From contig CBDCKW010000009.1 of the NCBI GenBank assembly GCA_965218435.1, forward strand, positions 576,001 to 640,000: a stretch of 64,000 bases of DNA, written 5' to 3'. The notes below the pieces were generated by a model that was not told the origin of the DNA, ran no database searches, and worked only from the letters and a program-made list of their open reading frames with translations. Made by a program: the position numbers and the translations under genes. Shown piece after piece: positions 1 through 8,893 of this stretch. Each line of letters begins with the position of its first letter. Position 1 is the first letter of the stretch. Source of the stretch: Truepera sp. (lineage in GTDB: Bacteria; Deinococcota; Deinococci; Deinococcales; Trueperaceae).

Positions 1-1
1 C

Positions 2-1987
2 ATCATCGTTTACGAAGATGACGAGAAGAAGAAACCTTTTATGATTGTCGAAACTAAAAAGCCTGACGTATCAGACGCGGCTTTTAGTGAAGCCGTCAAT
101 CAAGGCTTTAGCTATGCCAACGCCTTAAGTGCCGATTTTGTCTGGGTAACATCGGGACTCAAATCCGAAGCTTACGACGCGAAGTCTTTCTACCCGATGG
201 AGCGCGAGAGCAACCTCGTTGCTGATATTCCGAGCTATGGCGCAAAGGTCGCGCGTTACAAATACGCCGTGGGCGGCGTAGGTGGTAAAGAACTCGAGAA
301 AGTCAGCGAGGATGTCCTGACCCGCAAATTCAAACAAGCCCATGACGCGCTCTGGGCAGGTGGAAAGCGTAATCCGACTCAAGCATTTGACGAACTCGAC
401 AAGCTCATCTTTTGCAAGCTTTGGGACGAACGTATAGACCGTGACGACGGTGAACCCTATGACTTTCAGGTATTTACCGGCGAAGACCCGGACGACCTTT
501 TGAAACGCGTAAGAAAGCTGTACGAAATAGGACGAGAAAAAGACCCTGAAGTCTTTCAAGAAGATGTTCGTTTGACAGGCAACGAACTCCAGACCGTTGT
601 GGGCTACCTCGCCGAGATAGATTTGGGCGCAACTGATCTGGACAGTAAAGGACGCGCCTTTGAAGAGTTTATGGACGACTTTTTTAGGGGTGAGTTCGGT
701 CAATACTTTACGCCGCGCCCGATTGTTAAGTTTATCGTAGATGTTTTGCCTATCACTAACGAGTCTCACGTGCTCGATACCTCATGCGGCAGTGGCGGGT
801 TTTTGCTTTATGCGTTAGACAAGGTACGTCGTGAAGCACAAGAAAAACTTGATAGAGGTCAGTTCAGGCAACGCAACATTCACCCCCAAACGCAGATGTA
901 CAACTATTGGCACGACTTCGCTGAAAAACGCCTTTTTGGGATTGAAATCTCGGAAATGATTGCCCGTACCGCCAAGATGAACATGATTATCCACGACGAC
1001 GGGCATACCAACGTCATAAGTTTCGACGGACTACAGTCTCCCGAACGGATGCGCAGCAAAACAGGCAATCAAGGTTTCAAAGAAAATCACTTCGACTTCA
1101 TCATTACGAACCCGCCCTTCGGCGCAAAAATCTTGTCGGATGAGCGCAGCTACATGCAAGATTATGACCTTGGCACACGCTACACTGACTGGATAGACGC
1201 TGAGCTAAAAGGCGAAGTTGTAACGACTCGCGACAGTCAAAGCTCTGAAGTGCTGTTTATCGAGCAGTGCCACCGCTTCTTAAAACCCAGCGGCATCCTC
1301 GCTATTGTCGTGCCGGACGGTATCTTGACGAACTCGAGCCTTCAGTACGTGCGTGACTGGATAGCTGAACACTACCGCATTTTGGGTGTCGTCTCGATGC
1401 CGCAAACCGCCTTTACCGCGACCGGCGCAGGCGTCAAAAGCTCCGTGATGTTTTTGCAAAAGTACAGCGACACAGAGACCGCGCACATTCAAAGCACCAA
1501 AGAAGCTGTGCAGAACAGCCTATTTGGGCAAGACGAGTACGGCCCCGCGATTGCGAGACTGGAAGAAGAGAAAAACCGCGTATTGAAACGCGGCGACGAT
1601 ACGATGAGGCAACTCGAGGAAGCACACGAAGATCACCTCGAGGCGCTTGGCGAGGTAGACAAGGCTGCTGAACGCACCCTCAAACGCGAGCTGCGCGAGA
1701 AAATCAAAGCACACCAGCGCACCGACGCCCACAAAGAGTGGCGCAAAGCCACTACCGACAGCTACAACGAACGCATCAACGCCATTAAAGAGAGCTTGGC
1801 AAGTACCTTTGCCGAAGAGGTTCAGGCCCAGCTGAGCGACTACCCTATCTTTATGGCGATTGCCGAAGATATAGGTTATGACGCGACGGGAAGAGCGACC
1901 GGCAAAAGCGAGTTGAAACCGATAATAGAAGAGCTGAGCCGGTTCATAGGTGCTGTACAAGAGGGACGTGATAATTTTTTCGCATAA
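2..1987 (+). CDS. hsdM: Restriction-modification protein: N-terminal HsdR_N-like PD-(D/E)xK nuclease fragment fused to an HsdM-like N6-adenine methyltransferase; 5'-truncated by the window edge
   Basis: Frame open from base 2 (IIVYEDDEKKKPFMIVETKK, ExK nuclease-like); motifs GQYFTPR, VLDTSCGSGGFL, FDFIITNPPFG, MAIAEDIGYDATGR; long charged coiled-coil near the C-terminus. Confidence 0.9.
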   Translation: MIVYEDDEKKKPFMIVETKKPDVSDAAFSEAVNQGFSYANALSADFVWVTSGLKSEAYDAKSFYPMERESNLVADIPSYGAKVARYKYAVGGVGGKELEKVSEDVLTRKFKQAHDALWAGGKRNPTQAFDELDKLIFCKLWDERIDRDDGEPYDFQVFTGEDPDDLLKRVRKLYEIGREKDPEVFQEDVRLTGNELQTVVGYLAEIDLGATDLDSKGRAFEEFMDDFFRGEFGQYFTPRPIVKFIVDVLPITNESHVLDTSCGSGGFLLYALDKVRREAQEKLDRGQFRQRNIHPQTQMYNYWHDFAEKRLFGIEISEMIARTAKMNMIIHDDGHTNVISFDGLQSPERMRSKTGNQGFKENHFDFIITNPPFGAKILSDERSYMQDYDLGTRYTDWIDAELKGEVVTTRDSQSSEVLFIEQCHRFLKPSGILAIVVPDGILTNSSLQYVRDWIAEHYRILGVVSMPQTAFTATGAGVKSSVMFLQKYSDTETAHIQSTKEAVQNSLFGQDEYGPAIARLEEEKNRVLKRGDDTMRQLEEAHEDHLEALGEVDKAAERTLKRELREKIKAHQRTDAHKEWRKATTDSYNERINAIKESLASTFAEEVQAQLSDYPIFMAIAEDIGYDATGRATGKSELKPIIEELSRFIGAVQEGRDNFFA

Positions 1988-2032
1988 GCCCCGGCGTAGA
2001 TAATCCAACTATATTTATATCTAGTTGGGGCT
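1975..2032 (+). promoter_or_regulatory. Candidate -1 programmed ribosomal frameshift signal joining hsdM to hsdS
   Basis: Heptamer T TTT TTC (1975-1981) in the hsdM frame; -1 frame is stop-free into hsdS; stem 1987-2002/2018-2032 starts 5 nt downstream; GAGGGA at 1961-1966. Confidence 0.7.
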
Positions 2033-3360
2033 TGGCAAAAGAAAGATTAGACCCTGAAATAGTTCTGTTCAATAGCAGAGCCACTAACTTTAACTATCCC
2101 GTTGAGAGATTGGCTACTTTCTTGTCGTCTCCTCCTCAATATGGAGCTAATGAAGCTGGCATCCTGAGACTCGATGATAGTGAACCCCGTTATATAAGGA
2201 TTACCGACATTGACGAGTATGGAAGTTTAGTTCCCGGTTTGGGAGTTACGGCAACAAACGTCGAGGAAAAATACTTTCTCAAAAATAACGACCTACTTTT
2301 TGCCAGAAGTGGCAACACTGTAGGCAAAAGCTATCTGCATAAATCGAGTGATAAGTCCCACGCGCATTTCTTCGCCGGGTATATGATTCGCTTCACTATT
2401 GATGCCGAAAAGATAAGTCCTGATTATGTTTTCGCCTTTACTCAGACTCGAGCCTATGCAGATTGGGTAAAGGCAGTACAGCGGGTGACAGGACAACCGA
2501 ACATCAATGCCGATGAATACAAGTCCCTACCTATTCCGCTTCCGCCCTCGAATGTACAAAACACAGTGATTGACCTTCTTGAAACAGCGTATAAAGTCAA
2601 AGCTAAGAAAGAGCAAGAAGCTGAGCGGTTACTCGAGTCTATTGACGGTGTGGTGCTCGAGGCTTTAGGCATCAACCTACCTGTTGAGGAAGAGGGGGGA
2701 CTCGAGGGACGAAAGTTCTTCCGTAGTTTCCGTGAGCTGAATGCTACAAGGCTTGATCCTTTCCCATATCAGCAACGTCGTATGCAAGCTATCCGAGCGA
2801 TTGATGAAGCTCACCTTCCCAAAAAACGTTTGCACGATGTTTTTCTGTTCCGTAAAGAAGTTGTTACACAAGCAGAAGGGTTGCCTTACATCGGACTGGA
2901 AAACGTTCGCTCAAACACAGGGGAATATATAAGCTCCAATGTGGAGAAGGAAACGTTTAATAGCGCCCTCCGCTTTTATAAGGGTGATATTTTGTTTCCA
3001 AAATTACGACCGTATCTGAACAAAGTACACCTAGCTTCGTTTGATGGGGTTTGTTCAACAGAGTTTCACGTCTTGACGGCAGCGAAAGGGCTCGAGGAGT
3101 ACCTAGCTGCATGTCTACGTTCTCGACTTATTGTCAACCAGACGTCTTGCCTAATGACTGGTAACACGCTCCCTAGGTTGCAAACTTCCGATGTGGAAAA
3201 CTTACTGATTCCTTTGCCGGATGAAACAGTTCAAAAAAACATTGGTGAAGAAGTTAGAGATGTTCAAAAACAGGTCAACCAGATTCGAGAGGAAGCAAGT
3301 CAAACAGTCGCCCAAGCCAAACAACAAGTTGAGCGGGTGATTCTTGGGGACGTAGCGTGA
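2032..3360 (+). CDS. hsdS: R-M specificity subunit with two target recognition domains (reading frame is open from 1975)
   Basis: TRD1 (QYGAN..RYIRITDID..DLLFARSGNTVGK..QPNINA), TRD2 (YIGLENV..GDILFPKLRPYLNKV..STEF..LPRL); repeated IPLP..Q helical spacers. Confidence 0.9.
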   Translation: MAKERLDPEIVLFNSRATNFNYPVERLATFLSSPPQYGANEAGILRLDDSEPRYIRITDIDEYGSLVPGLGVTATNVEEKYFLKNNDLLFARSGNTVGKSYLHKSSDKSHAHFFAGYMIRFTIDAEKISPDYVFAFTQTRAYADWVKAVQRVTGQPNINADEYKSLPIPLPPSNVQNTVIDLLETAYKVKAKKEQEAERLLESIDGVVLEALGINLPVEEEGGLEGRKFFRSFRELNATRLDPFPYQQRRMQAIRAIDEAHLPKKRLHDVFLFRKEVVTQAEGLPYIGLENVRSNTGEYISSNVEKETFNSALRFYKGDILFPKLRPYLNKVHLASFDGVCSTEFHVLTAAKGLEEYLAACLRSRLIVNQTSCLMTGNTLPRLQTSDVENLLIPLPDETVQKNIGEEVRDVQKQVNQIREEASQTVAQAKQQVERVILGDVA

Positions 3361-4202
3361 AAATCACGTATCAGGTTGGGTACAGAAGCGACCTGGACAG
3401 CGACGAAAGTTTTGACGACCTCTTGGCGAGCGAACTTCAAAGAGCCTTTGCCGATGAATACGAGGAGGTGAGTGAGGCGGATGTGTTCGACTACTTTCAG
3501 GTACATTACGAACATCCGCTCAACGAGGACGAATCGCTAATCGCTTTCGAGTTGGACATCCCTACCGAGAAAACGGAGATTCAGCAGGCACGGCTTATGG
3601 AGGATATACACCGGCGTATTAGAGCTATTGAAGGCGTCTTTGTATTCTTCAAGTTTCACGACGAAGGTCTTTTTGGTTCATTGCAGAAGCTCTACGCTGA
3701 AATCTTTGCGCTCGAGATGAAACTACGCGAAATTGCCACGCTGATCTTTGCCGATACCTACCGGGGCAACTACCTTGACCATATCCGAGAGACGAAGGTG
3801 AAACTCTCCAGCACAGAGCTTAACCAGGGCGGTAATAACAAAGAAACCAGACTGAAAAGCCGCTTTGAAAATGAGTTCTTCCATATTTCATTTAGCGATT
3901 ATCACAAGCTGCTCGAGCCGCGTGAGCTGAAAGAGCCAGACCTGCTAAACTTTGCATCTAAAGCGGAAACCTTTGAAGACTTCAGGGATTATGTCCGATA
4001 TAGGGGTGTGCAGAATGAATACTACCGTGACTTCTTCGCGTCAATTCGTCCACATATGGATGCTCTGGAAAAGGTTCGCAACTGTGTTGCTCATGGCCGG
4101 GTAGTATCTGAAAACGAATACCAAAACTTTGAAGTCGCCAAGGCTGCTGTTCAGGAGCTGATAGATAGCTTTTTCACCGGTCTACAACAGGAAGTTGAAT
4201 GA
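3357..4202 (+). CDS. HEPN-like (Swt1/Apea-type) putative RNase with acidic N-terminal domain
   Basis: E(MKLR) helix plus C-terminal RxxxxH motif KVRNCVAHG; GTG start overlaps the hsdS stop (GTGA). Confidence 0.65.
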   Translation: MKITYQVGYRSDLDSDESFDDLLASELQRAFADEYEEVSEADVFDYFQVHYEHPLNEDESLIAFELDIPTEKTEIQQARLMEDIHRRIRAIEGVFVFFKFHDEGLFGSLQKLYAEIFALEMKLREIATLIFADTYRGNYLDHIRETKVKLSSTELNQGGNNKETRLKSRFENEFFHISFSDYHKLLEPRELKEPDLLNFASKAETFEDFRDYVRYRGVQNEYYRDFFASIRPHMDALEKVRNCVAHGRVVSENEYQNFEVAKAAVQELIDSFFTGLQQEVE

Positions 4203-4221
4203 ACCTGACAAAATAGGACTG

Positions 4222-4719
4222 CTAGTCCTGCTTTTCATACCGCTGCTTATGCCGTGCTCTTTGCCGCACATATTCCGGGTCTTCCTTAGCCTGGACGTAC
4301 TTCTCGTAAAAAATGGCCGCTGCCGCCGCCTTTACGGGGTCTTCGGTTCGGGGCAAGGTGGCACGGCCGTGTGCGCCGCTCTGCCCTTTTTTGTCCTCGG
4401 GTACCGGCCCGTCGTACTTCTTGCCGCCCTTATGGTTCGCGTAACGCCGCGCCCGCGTCCAACCCATCTGTAAAAACTTCCGCGCCATATCCGCACCCGG
4501 AAAGTCCTCAGCCTCGAGGTAAGCCTGAAACATCTCAAAGAGTTTTTTGGAGGACACTTCAGCCACTTCCGGGTTCTTAAAGCGCCAGTGGGGGAGGAGT
4601 TCGCTCTTGTATGGTTCTACGAGTAGCACGCCCTGCTCCCCCTTACCGATACGGTAAAGCTCGGGGTGTTCCCGAAAATTGATCGTCTCAAAGTCGAGGT
4701 CATAGTCAAACGCCGCCAT
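4222..4719 (-). CDS. DUF4385 family protein
   Basis: Recognisable motifs YRIGKGEQGVLLVEPYKSELLPHWRFK and DMARKFLQMGWTRARRYANHKGGKKY; TACACT -10 box 5 nt before ATG. Confidence 0.85.
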   Translation of the reverse strand: MAAFDYDLDFETINFREHPELYRIGKGEQGVLLVEPYKSELLPHWRFKNPEVAEVSSKKLFEMFQAYLEAEDFPGADMARKFLQMGWTRARRYANHKGGKKYDGPVPEDKKGQSGAHGRATLPRTEDPVKAAAAAIFYEKYVQAKEDPEYVRQRARHKQRYEKQD

Positions 4720-4787
4720 AAGAAAGTGTAGCGGGTTCTAAAAAGAAGTACGTGGCTGCTGCGCATAATTAGTTAGGAGGCACGCTA

Positions 4788-5039
4788 ATGACAACATTTG
4801 ATGACGCTTACAGCTTGGTGGGTTCAGGGGTTCCTGCGCCCGACGTACCGATGCCCACCGGCCCGCAAGAGATGCCCGACGTACCGGGGCAAGAGCCGCT
4901 GAATATACCCGGTGACGAACCGAATGATATACCGCTCGAGGTTCCCGAAACACCCAACCGCGATGCGCCGCTGGATTCACCCGGACGTGAGCAGCCGTCT
5001 GAAAACGATGACTTGCCGGGGCGAGAAGATGACATTTAG
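4788..5039 (+). CDS. Small acidic proline-rich, probably disordered protein
   Basis: AGGAGG SD upstream of ATG; repeated PDVP/IP units. Confidence 0.6.
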   Translation: MTTFDDAYSLVGSGVPAPDVPMPTGPQEMPDVPGQEPLNIPGDEPNDIPLEVPETPNRDAPLDSPGREQPSENDDLPGREDDI

Positions 5040-5086
5040 ATAGAGCTATGCTGAGCGGCAACTCAGATAGCGTACGAGGAGCTGCA

Positions 5087-5518
5087 ATGAGTCAAAATGC
5101 AAGTAGGGTTTTTGTATTTGGAACTTTGAAGCGGGGCTTTCCTCTACATGATGAGGGTCTACATGGTGCGACGTGTCTCGGCGCGTACAAAACGGTCAAG
5201 AAGTATCCGATGCTTGTTGCCGGACGTTGGTACGCACCTATGATGGCCTATGAACCCGGCACTGGATTGTGCGTTAAAGGTGAGCTGTACGAGGTAGATG
5301 CTAAAACACTCGAGCTTCTTGACAAGCTTGAATCTGTTCATCAGTCTGGTAATTACCGCGAAGTAGTTGAAGTTGAATCCCTAGAGACAGCGGATACACT
5401 GTCTGCCTATGTGTATGTTAAATCAAGAGAGCTGATGACGCCGAGCCACACCGACTATTTAGAAGATTATCAGGATAGAAGGTTTGTACACCCGAGCCAA
5501 AGAGCGAAAGAAGATTAG
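5087..5518 (+). CDS. Gamma-glutamylcyclotransferase (AIG2/YtfP-like) family protein
   Basis: VFVFGTLKRG, VKGELYEVD, LDKLE, Y.R..V motifs; GAGGAG SD before ATG 5087. Confidence 0.85.
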   Translation: MSQNASRVFVFGTLKRGFPLHDEGLHGATCLGAYKTVKKYPMLVAGRWYAPMMAYEPGTGLCVKGELYEVDAKTLELLDKLESVHQSGNYREVVEVESLETADTLSAYVYVKSRELMTPSHTDYLEDYQDRRFVHPSQRAKED

Positions 5519-5600
5519 CTGAGCGATTCAACTCAGGTGGAAACTAAAGATTTCCAAGCAAAAGCACCCGGCTCGCAATGACTTGTAAAGGAGGCTGAAC

Positions 5601-5825
5601 TTGAAAGTGCTTGACACGGTTGTCCTGAACAAAGATTTGCCGAGCCGGGGTTTACGTCATAACGACGTCGGTGCAGTTGTCGAGGTGTACGAACCGGATG
5701 GGCTCGAGGTCGAGTTCGTCACCGGTTCAGGCAGGACTCGAGCGTTAGTGACGCTAAAAACAGCTGATGTTCACTTGTTCGGCGACACAGATGTTCTCGC
5801 TGCGCGTTCTCTGGACGCAGCTTGA
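5601..5825 (+). CDS. DUF4926 domain protein
   Basis: LDTVVL..DLP..GL...DVGAVVEVY...EVEFV...G.T.A pattern; AAGGAGG SD. Confidence 0.8.
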   Translation: MKVLDTVVLNKDLPSRGLRHNDVGAVVEVYEPDGLEVEFVTGSGRTRALVTLKTADVHLFGDTDVLAARSLDAA

Positions 5826-5870
5826 TAAAAGATTGGTATGGCTGGCTAGATATGCAACAATAGCTGCACT

Positions 5871-6884
5871 GTGCTGAAAAATATCTGTAAAACGCTTTTG
5901 CTGCTCGGTTTTGCTGCTCAGCTAAGTTATGCGCAGCCGCCATTGTCTGAGATTCGACCTAAACCGGTGGTTGCGGCTACTCTAAAGCTTTTCGACACCT
6001 ATCCCGTCGTCGGTATCGGCGAAGTGCACGGTTTGCAGGAGTTGGGTAACTTTTACGTCAATCTCGTAAGCCAGCCGACTTTTGCAAAAGATGTTGGCAA
6101 CGTAGTTTTTGAGTTTGGCAACGCTTTCTTTCAGCCCACTATAGACAAGTATCTGGCGGGCGAAGAGGTGCCTTATAAAGAGGTGAAGAAAGCTTGGACA
6201 ACTATGGTTGGGACGATGGGTTCCGACAAGATTTCAGTGATGTATGGGCAGTTCTACAAGGCTGTAAGAGAAGCAAATCGAACCTTGCCAGAAGGCCAAA
6301 AGATAAAAGTCTGGTTGGGCGACCCGCCTACAGACCCTGACGACCCGCTCGCTTACACCCCTGAACGGCCTCCAGACCGGGATGCGTTCTTTTCCGATAT
6401 CGTTTTGCAAAAGATTTTAGCAAAAGGTAAAAAGGCGCTGCTCGTCATCGGGGCAGGACATGTTGTAGACGATGGCTTGAGGGCTAGTACCGCCACAATT
6501 TTTGAATGCAAATATAGACTGCCCTATAGGTACAACGTTAGAGCGTGTATAGATGCTTACTATCCCGGCAAGCTTTTTCTTATCCAAAATCACTGGGGTT
6601 TGCCCAAGCCGTTTTGTAACCGGCAGCTGGAAGCGCGGCTCGAGTCAGGCCCAGTTCCATCCCTGACGTCCCTTCGAGACACAGCCTTAGCAACTTTTTT
6701 AGATAGCCCCGAGTGCAGCTCTAAATCTTGGTGGGGGACGCTCACTAGCGCATGGAGTAATGCGTACTTGTACTTAGGAAAAAGCGATAAGCTTATCCTG
6801 TCGCCGCTTCCTGGAGAGCCAGAAACGCCCTTCTCGAAATGGGTACATGAGGCTGCACCTTACCTCAAAAAGCCGAACGAGTAG
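5871..6884 (+). CDS. Secreted hypothetical protein, ChaN/EreA-like fold possible
   Basis: N-terminal signal peptide; VVGIGEVHG, VVFEFG and LLVIGAGH motifs. Confidence 0.55.
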   Translation: MLKNICKTLLLLGFAAQLSYAQPPLSEIRPKPVVAATLKLFDTYPVVGIGEVHGLQELGNFYVNLVSQPTFAKDVGNVVFEFGNAFFQPTIDKYLAGEEVPYKEVKKAWTTMVGTMGSDKISVMYGQFYKAVREANRTLPEGQKIKVWLGDPPTDPDDPLAYTPERPPDRDAFFSDIVLQKILAKGKKALLVIGAGHVVDDGLRASTATIFECKYRLPYRYNVRACIDAYYPGKLFLIQNHWGLPKPFCNRQLEARLESGPVPSLTSLRDTALATFLDSPECSSKSWWGTLTSAWSNAYLYLGKSDKLILSPLPGEPETPFSKWVHEAAPYLKKPNE

Positions 6885-6967
6885 TTTGCTACCAGCTTGG
6901 GTAAGACTCGAGCCCTAGTCACACTAAAAATAGCCGGTGTTCAGCTGCTTACCGAGTAAAATGGTTT

Positions 6968-7675
6968 ATGTATAGCCGAACTGCTCAATACTAAGATTTA
7001 ATCTACGGTTTCAAAGATTACAGCGCGGAAGCTGAGAAAATCACAGCTCTTATACGCGAAGAACTGCCGACTGCAAAAACGATTTTAGACGTAGCCTGTG
7101 GCACTGCTGAACACGCTAAGTCGCTCTCCAAACAGTTTGAAGTTGACGGCATTGACCTCGAGCCCGCCTTCGTAGAGATAGCCAGAGGAAAAGTCCCTTC
7201 CGGCAAGTTTTGGCTTGCTGACATGAGCGGTTTTAGTTTGTCTAAAACGTATGACGTTGTGCTGTGCCTGTTCTCTTCTATCGGTTATCTGCCGGCGAAA
7301 GAAAGAGTCGTTGCTGCTCTTGAGAGCTTCAAAAAACATTTGAACCCCAGTGGTGTCATCTTTGTCGAACCCTGGATTACGCCCGAGAACTGGGAAGTTG
7401 GCCATACAACTATGGTCACGGCTGAATCGAATGATCTTAAAATCTGCCGAATGAACGTCGCCGAACGAACCGATAACCGCTCCGTACTCAACTTTCACTA
7501 TCTCGTTGCCACAAAACAGGGCGTCGAGCATCTTGAGGAAGCTCACGAACTCGTTCTCTATATGAAAGAAGAGATGCTCGAGTGTTTTATAAAGGCGGGT
7601 CTCGAGGTTGCTTACGACGAAAGGTCTTTCGGTCGAGGTTTGTATACTGCGCACATTGCATCCGAACATACCTGA
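6968..7675 (+). pseudogene. Class I SAM-dependent methyltransferase (TylM1/DesVI-like) with an early in-frame stop
   Basis: MYSRTAQY*DLIYGFKDY...ILDVACGTAEH...DGIDL continues in frame into ORF 7223..7675; TAA at 6992-6994; TAAAAT 5 nt before ATG 6968. Confidence 0.8.
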
Positions 7676-8750
7676 GGGGTGTGCATGACTAGCGTAAAGC
7701 CAACATGGTTTGTTTGAGACACAGTAAGTCACGACCCAGGCGAAGATTGAAGTAAGCAAGGAGTAAGTAGGCGAGCGCAGCCAAGGTCACGAGTGCTCTG
7801 ACATTGGCTAAGCCTTTAACGAGTAAATGTTCAAGTTTGAAGAGTGCCTTGAGACGACCTTGGAAAGGTTCGACAGTAGCTTTGCGCAAGGCGAAGACCT
7901 CTCTAACCTCAGGGTCGTTATAGAGTCGGGTGCGCTCACAACGGTCTTCGGGGGTGTTAGTTTTGACTTGAAGAGGGGCGATGAGGCTGATACCCCGCTC
8001 GTCGCAAGCGTCGTAACAAGGGGCTGTTCGTCATAGCCGCCGTCAGCTAAGACAAGGTTAGTGTCTTCGCTCAAGCTGGCGCTGAGTTCTCGGCTGAAGA
8101 CCTGAGCGTCTTTGACGTTAGCGGGATAGACACAGATGTTGCGTGGTAGCGGGGCAGTTGCGTCAGCATTGACGAGGCAGTGTAGGCGGTAGCCAAACAC
8201 CCACTCACCCTGCCCTGAAATACCCCAATGCGCTTCTTGGTCGATATTGCCACATGAGGGCAGCTTGCGGGCTTTCCTATCTTTACTGTGCCAGACATTG
8301 CCCTCAGCGTGCATTAAACTGGAGTCGGCACTCATGACGCTTGCCTCACCGATACCCGTTTCTATAAAGTGCTCGTGTAAGGTCGTCATCGCCTGCTGCA
8401 AGCCTTTAGGTATGCGCTTGAATCTGCGACTCAAGGTGGTGCGGTGGGGCAACTGATCGAGTCCCACTAGAGCAAGCACCTCAGGTCGCTCAAGTAAATG
8501 ATCATGCAGCGTCTTGAAGCCGCTGATGCCTTTGACGAGTGCATACAAAAACAGCTTGATTAGGCTGCTTTCTCCGTAGCTGTAACGGTCTAGCGTTTTA
8601 GGTAAATCCAGTTCATCAACCAGGCTCAAGTAGCTCTTCAGGTCTAGTGTTATCATTCTCCAATGCCTCCTTCATGGCGTTTTCGCTTTCTCCATTGTAG
8701 GAGGCTCTATCTTTATTCGGCTTTTCGTATCTTTATGTGCTCACCCCTCA
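7673..8750 (-). mobile_element. Insertion sequence, about 1.08 kb, DDE transposase (IS4/IS5/IS982-like)
   Basis: Terminal inverted repeats TGAGGGGTGTGCA (7673-7685) and TGCTCACCCCTCA (8738-8750), 12/13 match; encloses a transposase; no clear target-site duplication. Confidence 0.85.
7689..8656 (-). pseudogene. DDE transposase split by a frameshift near 8015-8025
   Basis: PHRTTLSRR, SADSS, FGYRLH, LADGGYD in the first frame; CYDACDERGISLIAP...RKATVEPFQGRLK in the second frame. Confidence 0.8.
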
Positions 8751-8893
8751 CATAAATAGCCTTCTGAAAATGATGATCTACCTGGAATAGAAGAGATCAC
8801 ATAATTCCGGTTTTCTGCTAAGCTAGCTGTTCAAAACGAAGATGTACTGGCGTTGCACTTAATAAATCGTCCAATTTTGGAGTTGATCAGCAG

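Noticed and set aside
7085..7759. 224-aa minus-strand ORF
   Set aside because: Antisense to the methyltransferase and crosses the IS end; no motifs
8010..8030. Programmed frameshift in the transposase
   Set aside because: No canonical slippery heptamer or A-run at the junction; more likely a mutation
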